A stretch of 14,066 nt of DNA from an uncultured cyanobacterium (GTDB lineage: Bacteria > Cyanobacteriota > Cyanobacteriia > Leptolyngbyales > Leptolyngbyaceae), in NCBI GenBank assembly GCA_963766075.1, contig CAVYAN010000056.1, positions 1 through 14,066 of the forward strand, given 5' to 3'. Shown piece after piece: positions 8,439 through 14,066 of this stretch. Position 1 is the stretch's first letter. Each line of letters begins with the position of its first letter. Made by a program: the position numbers and the translations under genes. Below the pieces are notes generated by a model. That model was not told the origin of the DNA and made no database searches. It was given only the letters and a program-made list of their open reading frames with translations.

Positions 8439-8611
8439 GTCTTCACTGGAGAGAGAGCATTGATTAAGATTCAATTTAACCGACTAGTAATTATCCGTAA
8501 TTCCACTTATAATCTCTCGCCACCGTAACGCTGGAAAAGTCTGCGCAGAATTCGTCTTTATCCTGAGCAACTTCCGTATAAGCGCTTAAAACAAGGAAAA
8601 TTGGAATATCA

Positions 8612-8772
8612 AAATCGTTGGCTTCACAGATAACGTATCACGGATTACCGAGAAAACGTGTTTAATCTTACACAAAAACCGTATCGTGAGCAACACAGAA
8701 AATGTATTCTGGGTTACCTTTACACAGTATCAAAGAACACTCGTTCAAGGCATCGTAAAACACACTGACCAG
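8612..8772. promoter_or_regulatory. Array of seven degenerate 23-bp units carrying NtcA-like GTA-N8-TAC boxes
   Basis: Units start at 8612, 8635, 8658, 8681, 8704, 8727 and 8750. Perfect GTA-N8-TAC occurs at 8635 and 8704; the variants are GTG..TAC, GTA..AAC, GTA..CAC and GCA..CAC. Confidence 0.65.
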
Positions 8773-9140
8773 ATTTGATTAGTATCTTATGTTCTATGTA
8801 TTTTTCCGGTGAAGGTTGCCGATTCTGTTCTGACTTTGCAGGTAGGCCCGTGTTATCTTGCATTTCTAAGGAATACACCCATGATTTCAGTGAGTAATTG
8901 CTGTGCTGGAATAAGGGCTTTGGCTTCGGTGAAGTCACCCAGGCGAATGGTAGAGGAGGGATGAGTATGCTGGAGCCAATGGCCATCCGCCGAGCGATCG
9001 AGGATTCCCCTTTCCTGCTGTTGTGAAAAAAGGATAGGGTGCGGGTGATCAGACCCACAATGGGTTAGTCAATCCACCCAACCACCGCGAATCTAACAAA
9101 TATTTTTTATAAGGATATTTTTCTGAGTAGGAACTGAATT

Positions 9141-12100
9141 ATGGATCTTGAATGCGCTTTAGAACCAATCGAGGTGTCGGCTCAATCCTATAGTCCCCAT
9201 CCTGAGGCATGCCCGCAGGATACTTCGGCGAGAATGATCTTCAGTTATGCCATCGCTGCGAGTCAAGCCAACATCCAGATTCCTACTGATTTTCTAGAGA
9301 AACCAAATGCTCTGTTTCGGCCTGAATTTTATTCATTTACATTGGTCAATCCACCCCGCTGCGCGACGGAAATTGTGTCGAAATCTGACACGCGATCGCG
9401 AATACTCGCGGCAGTCAACATTTTGCTGTATCGATACGCGCAACAAGAAACCGTAGACCTAGAACTAACCGGAGCGAATGCCATCATCAACACAGGGTAC
9501 AGCCCATTGATGCACACTCACCTCAGCGGAGAGGTCACCGTCCGGGATTATGTCGAGCAGGTGAGTGCTGCGGTTCGGGCCTTTGAAGCTGGATTGCCGC
9601 ACGGGCAATTTTCACAACCCAGGGCCAAGCCACCGGTTAAACCGGCGATCGCCCTCAGTTTTGGTGATAGTTTTGGTGATAGTCTCGGTGACAATCGATT
9701 TTTGGCAGACGGGGAGACATCCGCCACCGCCTGGGAACGCCTGCTGCCGGCACCCTTTGACGGGTTTGATCTGCATGTCATTGTTTCGCAGTCGCAGGTA
9801 TTGCCGTCTGGGGAATTGCCGTCGGAGTATGGATTACCGTCGGGACAAATAATCCCCGTTCTATTGCGCTATAACGCCAATGTATTCCAAGCGGACACAA
9901 TTCAGCGGGTGGCTGGACATCTCCAGACCTTGCTGGCAGGCATGGCACATGATGCTGATGGTGTGATTGCCCAACTGCCCCTGCTTACCCAGGCCGAGAC
10001 GCAGCAATTGCAAGTGGAGTGGAACGACACTGCGGTGGATTTTCCTAAAGCTCCCATCCATCATTATATTGAGGCCCATGCGGCGCAGCAACCGCAGGCG
10101 ATCGCCCTCAGGTTCAACGCACAATCCCTCACCTATGCCGAATTGAATCAGCGCGCGAATCAACTGGCCCACTATCTAATACAGCTTGGCATTAGTGCAG
10201 GCGATCGCGTCGCTGTTTGTGTAGAACCCTCCCTGGACATCGGGGTGGCTATCCTCGGAATTTTCAAAGCTGGCGGCACCTACGTTCCCCTAGATCCCAC
10301 CCATCCCACCGAGCGATTAGCGGTCATGGTGGAAGACATACAGCCCAAACTGCTGCTCACCCAATCGCCTGTATTGCCCAACTTGCCCAGTATTTCAGAC
10401 AGGGTGTTGTGTCTGGATCAGGATTGGCCTCAGATTCAAGCACTACCCACGCATAATCCTGAAATCCATTGGGATCTGGAGCAAACGGCCTATTTGGTCT
10501 ATACCTCGGGGACGACGGGCAAGCCCAAGGGGGTCGTCGCTACCCATGGCAATCTGGTGAATTACATTCTGTCTGCACAGCAAGCATTTCGGTTTGATCG
10601 TCAGGATGTGATTCCGGCGATCGCCCGGTTTACCTTTAGCATCACCTTTTTTGAGTTGTTTTCACCCCTGGTGGCCGGGGGAACGCTGGTCATTCTAGAG
10701 CGAGAACATATCCTAGACTTCAACCGCATGGTGCAGACCTTGCAACAGGTCACCGTGGCGCATCTGTCCCCCAGCCTATTGCGTAAACTGCTGGCCCATA
10801 TCCAAGACACGGGTGTAGACCGTCAAACATTTCAACGCCTGCGGCATATTTCAGCAGGTGGAGACATGGTATCTGCCGACCTCCTGGCAACGATGCATCA
10901 GGTGTTTCCACAGGCCGAAGTTTATGTGTTGTATGGCAGCAGTGAGGTGAGTTGCATGGGCTGTTTCTATACAGTGCCCACCGATCGCCCCATTACCCAA
11001 AGTCGCGCCGGCAAGCCCTTTGCTAATGTCACAGTTCGCCTACTCGATCCCGATCAAAATCTGGTGCCCATCGGAGTTGTAGGTGAAGTGTACTTTGGGG
11101 GCGCAGGCATTACCCAGGGCTACCTGAACCAGGCAGAACTCACCTCCGAAAAATTTGTTGAGCTTGAGGGGCAACGGTTTTATCGCATGGGCGATCTAGG
11201 TCGCTTCGATGCCGATGGCAACCTGGAGTTGTTAGGCCGTGCTGATTTTCAAATTAAGTTACGCGGCATTCGGATTGAACCCGGTGACATTGAAGCCGCC
11301 CTGCGACAGGTGCCGGGGGTAAGGGAAGGGGTTGTGGTGGCGCGGGCACTGGGCCACCGTGCAGAATACAGCGCAGAACAGAGCTTGGTGGCCTACATCG
11401 TTCTAGATCCAGCCCAGAAACCCACAGTGGAGGAGATTCGGCGGTTTCTACAACTCAAATTGCCAGACTATATGGTGCCCGTCCGCTTTGTCGAATTGGC
11501 GGCTCTTCCCCTCAACATCAATCAAAAAGTCGATCGGCTAGCCCTACCCGCGCCAACTGTCGTGGATCCGCAGTCGCCCCACCCATATTGTGCGCCGGAA
11601 ACCCCTCTAGAGAGATTATTGGCCGATCTTTGGGCAGCCATTCTGGGCTTAGAACAAGTCAGCATTCAGGATGACTTTTTTAGCCTGGGGGGACATTCGT
11701 TGCTGGCGGCTCAAGTGTTGTCACGGTTACAGGAAGCCCTGAACCGGGAGATTCCCCTGAGCCGACTGTTTGAATTTCCCACGATCGCGACCTTAGCCGC
11801 CCACCTGGCAGGCCCGTTCATGGAGGAGACTGCTCCGGCGATCGCCTTAACCCCAATTTCGCGTCAGCCCAATTTACCCCTGTCCCTGTCCCAGTCGCGA
11901 TTCTGGTACTTGGCCCAGTTAGAGGCCGGAACCGCCTATAACATTCCCCTCACCCTGCATTTGACTGGCGTTTTAGATGTTCCCGCATTGCAGCAAAGCC
12001 TGACGGCCCTGCTCCATCGGCATGAAGTCCTGCGCACAGTGTTTCCTGTGGTGGCAGGGACCCCGGTGCAACGGATCTTACCGCCCCCAGCATTCTCGCT

Positions 12101-14066
12101 GCCCGTGATCGATTTGCAAGATCTGCCAGCGCCAGAGCAACGGACAGAGGTATACCGTCTGGCTCAGAGGGCACTGCAACAAGCATTTAATCTAGCGGAG
12201 GATCTTCCTGTTCGGGGCAGCCTCCTGTGCTTGACAGAGACGACGCATGTGCTGCTGTTGACGCTGCATCACATCGCCGCCGATGGTTGGGCTTTGGCCC
12301 TGTTCCGGCAAGAATTGGCCCTGCTCTACACTGCTTTCTCCGAGGGACGACCCTCGCCCCTGGCCGACCTGCCGATTCAGTATGCTGATTTTGCCCACTG
12401 GCAGACCCACTGGCTGAACAGTGCCCCCGTGCAGGATCAACTGGTCTACTGGAAACAGCAACTGACCACAGCACCGCCACTGCTGGAACTGCCCTGCGAT
12501 CGCCCGCGTCCTCCCCAACAAACCTATCGGGGCGGAAGTGAATTCTTTACCCTCAGCCCAGAACTGACCCAGCAGCTTAAAGCCCTCAGTCAGCGGGCGG
12601 GGGCGACGCTGTTCATGACGCTGTTGGCCAGCTTTGCCACGGTGCTGTCTCGTCACAGCCAGCACTCCGACTTGGTGATCGGCTCCCCCATCGCCAACCG
12701 CAACCGCCGCGAGTTAGAAACGTTGCAAGGCGTTTTGATTAATTTATTGGCCTTGCGGATTGACTTATCTGGCAATCCGGCTTTTCTGGAATTGCTGCAC
12801 CGCGTCCGCCAAGTGGCCCTCGATGCCTTTGCCCACGCCGATATTCCGTTTGATCAGGTGGTGGAAGCGGTACAACCCGATCGCAATCCCAGCTATAGTC
12901 CCCTCTTCCAAGTTCTGTTTGTGCTCCAAAATGCCCCGGTGGTCCCACTGGAACTTCCTGGCCTAACGTTGACCACTCTGGCGGTGGAAAGTGGCACAGC
13001 CAAATACGATCTGACATTAATGATGGAGGAAACCGCCGCCGGATTAACGGGCGAGTTGGAATACAACCGGGATTTGTTTGATCGGGCAACGATCGCGCGC
13101 ATGGTGGGTCATCTCCAGACCGTGCTGGCGAGTGTGGTGATTCAGCCGGACCAGGTGATCGCCGAGCTGCCGCTATTGACCGCATCCGAGCAGCAGCAAA
13201 TTCTGGTGGCGTGGAACCATACCGAGGCCAATTATCCCCAAACCCTGGGCATTCATCAGTTGGTGGAGCAGCAGGTCGAACGCACTCCTGACGCGATCGC
13301 TGTTGTTTTTGAGCAGCAGCAATTGACCTACCGCCAACTCAACAACCGAGCCAATCAATTAGCCGAGCATCTGCAACGCCTAGGCGTGGGTCCAGAGGTG
13401 TTAGTGGGCATTTACGTCGAACGCTCTCTGGATATGGTGGTTGGTGTCCTCGGCATTCTGAAGGCGGGCGGAGCCTATGTGCCGCTGGATCCGGCCTATC
13501 CCCAGGATCGTCTGGCCTTTATGCTGGCGGATACCCAAGCGCCGGTTCTAGTGACGCAGCGATCGCTGCACGCCCAGTTACCGCCCCATCAGGCCCAGAT
13601 TGGGTATATCGATCATGATGCCGATTCCCTCCAGGAAAGCGCCAACACGCTAACCCCCAATCCAGTCAGCGGCGTGAACTCGCGAAATCTGGCCTACTTG
13701 ATCTACACCTCCGGGTCAACCGGCAAACCCAAAGGTGTCCAGATTGAGCATCGCAGTGCCGTCAACCTACTCAATTCAGTGCGTCAGCAGCCCGGTCTGA
13801 CGGCCCAGGACATCCTGCTATCAGTCACTACCCTCTCCTTTGATATCGTGGTGTCGGAACTCTTTCTGCCCCTCTCTGTAGGGGCACGCTTGGTCCTAGT
13901 CAGTCGGGAAGTGGCTGCCGATGGTCGGCAACTGCTGTCGGTATTAACCGAGTCCGGAGCCACCTTTATGCAACCCACTCCAGCCACCTGGCGGCTGTTG
14001 CTGGCAGCAGGCTGGCAAGGCACCCCACGCCTCAAGATGGTCTCCACTGGCGAACCCTTACCCCGC
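9141..14066 (+). CDS. Non-ribosomal peptide synthetase, 3'-truncated by the window: partial C - A - T - C - A...
   Basis: Hand translation from the ATG at 9141 (AGGA upstream) is open for 1642 codons to the window end; the ORF track misses it because it has no stop. A1 motifs: LTYAELN (10128), YTSGTTGKPKG (10500), YRMGDLGR, GRADFQIKLRGIRIE, NQKVDR (11520). T1: GGHSL (Ser at 11697). C2: HHIAADG (12267). A2: LTYRQLN, YTSGSTGKPKG (13704), FDIVVSE (13839). Confidence 0.95.
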   Translation, partial: MDLECALEPIEVSAQSYSPHPEACPQDTSARMIFSYAIAASQANIQIPTDFLEKPNALFRPEFYSFTLVNPPRCATEIVSKSDTRSRILAAVNILLYRYAQQETVDLELTGANAIINTGYSPLMHTHLSGEVTVRDYVEQVSAAVRAFEAGLPHGQFSQPRAKPPVKPAIALSFGDSFGDSLGDNRFLADGETSATAWERLLPAPFDGFDLHVIVSQSQVLPSGELPSEYGLPSGQIIPVLLRYNANVFQADTIQRVAGHLQTLLAGMAHDADGVIAQLPLLTQAETQQLQVEWNDTAVDFPKAPIHHYIEAHAAQQPQAIALRFNAQSLTYAELNQRANQLAHYLIQLGISAGDRVAVCVEPSLDIGVAILGIFKAGGTYVPLDPTHPTERLAVMVEDIQPKLLLTQSPVLPNLPSISDRVLCLDQDWPQIQALPTHNPEIHWDLEQTAYLVYTSGTTGKPKGVVATHGNLVNYILSAQQAFRFDRQDVIPAIARFTFSITFFELFSPLVAGGTLVILEREHILDFNRMVQTLQQVTVAHLSPSLLRKLLAHIQDTGVDRQTFQRLRHISAGGDMVSADLLATMHQVFPQAEVYVLYGSSEVSCMGCFYTVPTDRPITQSRAGKPFANVTVRLLDPDQNLVPIGVVGEVYFGGAGITQGYLNQAELTSEKFVELEGQRFYRMGDLGRFDADGNLELLGRADFQIKLRGIRIEPGDIEAALRQVPGVREGVVVARALGHRAEYSAEQSLVAYIVLDPAQKPTVEEIRRFLQLKLPDYMVPVRFVELAALPLNINQKVDRLALPAPTVVDPQSPHPYCAPETPLERLLADLWAAILGLEQVSIQDDFFSLGGHSLLAAQVLSRLQEALNREIPLSRLFEFPTIATLAAHLAGPFMEETAPAIALTPISRQPNLPLSLSQSRFWYLAQLEAGTAYNIPLTLHLTGVLDVPALQQSLTALLHRHEVLRTVFPVVAGTPVQRILPPPAFSLPVIDLQDLPAPEQRTEVYRLAQRALQQAFNLAEDLPVRGSLLCLTETTHVLLLTLHHIAADGWALALFRQELALLYTAFSEGRPSPLADLPIQYADFAHWQTHWLNSAPVQDQLVYWKQQLTTAPPLLELPCDRPRPPQQTYRGGSEFFTLSPELTQQLKALSQRAGATLFMTLLASFATVLSRHSQHSDLVIGSPIANRNRRELETLQGVLINLLALRIDLSGNPAFLELLHRVRQVALDAFAHADIPFDQVVEAVQPDRNPSYSPLFQVLFVLQNAPVVPLELPGLTLTTLAVESGTAKYDLTLMMEETAAGLTGELEYNRDLFDRATIARMVGHLQTVLASVVIQPDQVIAELPLLTASEQQQILVAWNHTEANYPQTLGIHQLVEQQVERTPDAIAVVFEQQQLTYRQLNNRANQLAEHLQRLGVGPEVLVGIYVERSLDMVVGVLGILKAGGAYVPLDPAYPQDRLAFMLADTQAPVLVTQRSLHAQLPPHQAQIGYIDHDADSLQESANTLTPNPVSGVNSRNLAYLIYTSGSTGKPKGVQIEHRSAVNLLNSVRQQPGLTAQDILLSVTTLSFDIVVSELFLPLSVGARLVLVSREVAADGRQLLSVLTESGATFMQPTPATWRLLLAAGWQGTPRLKMVSTGEPLPR
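9657..9692 (+). repeat. In-frame 12-bp tandem repeat x3 (SFGD SFGD SLGD) in the NRPS N-terminal region
   Basis: AGTTTTGGTGAT AGTTTTGGTGAT AGTCTCGGTGAC. Confidence 0.85.

Larger units (their letters stand above)
917..13566. repeat. Dispersed HIP1 octamers (GCGATCGC)
   Basis: Seen at about 917, 1171, 1873, 2621, 4345, 4718, 5053, 6092, 6152, 6297, 7115, 9392, 9645, 10098, 10201, 10617, 11838, 12496, 13293 and 13559. This over-representation is a hallmark of many cyanobacteria. Confidence 0.9.

Noticed and set aside
8612..8772. CRISPR array or plasmid iterons
   Set aside because: The 23-bp period is too short for repeat plus spacer, the units are highly degenerate, and there is no cas or rep gene in the window.
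8720..9058. 112-aa minus-strand ORF in the divergent spacer
   Set aside because: No recognisable motifs, and it overlaps the regulatory array; probably spurious.
8084..9140. Riboswitch or ncRNA in the long spacer
   Set aside because: Only small hairpins are visible (for example GCCTC-agc-GAGGC and GGCTTC-ggt-GAAGTC), and I recognise no family consensus. An Rfam/Infernal scan would settle it.
9329..14047. Many short ORFs listed in the track across this region
   Set aside because: They are antisense or off-frame shadows of the continuous NRPS frame starting at 9141.

Overview
The window is cyanobacterial chromosomal DNA: I counted about 20 HIP1 GCGATCGC octamers by eye. The left part is an extracytoplasmic module. 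It holds an RTX Ca-binding protein, an ECF sigma factor and an RskA-type anti-sigma factor (each split by a single-base frameshift), and a secreted Ser/Asn-rich protein whose two Cys residues sit symmetrically around a hydrophobic beta-turn. The middle holds a DevT-like metallophosphoesterase and ilvA. The right part is the start of a secondary-metabolite cluster: an HPPD-family dioxygenase (- strand) divergent from a large NRPS that the ORF track misses (9141..>14066; partial C-A-T-C-A). The first A domain lacks the amino-binding Asp (FDxS becomes FSIT), which suggests a non-amino-acid starter, possibly the HPPD product. The roughly 1 kb divergent spacer contains an exactly 23-bp-phased array of NtcA-like GTA-N8-TAC boxes.
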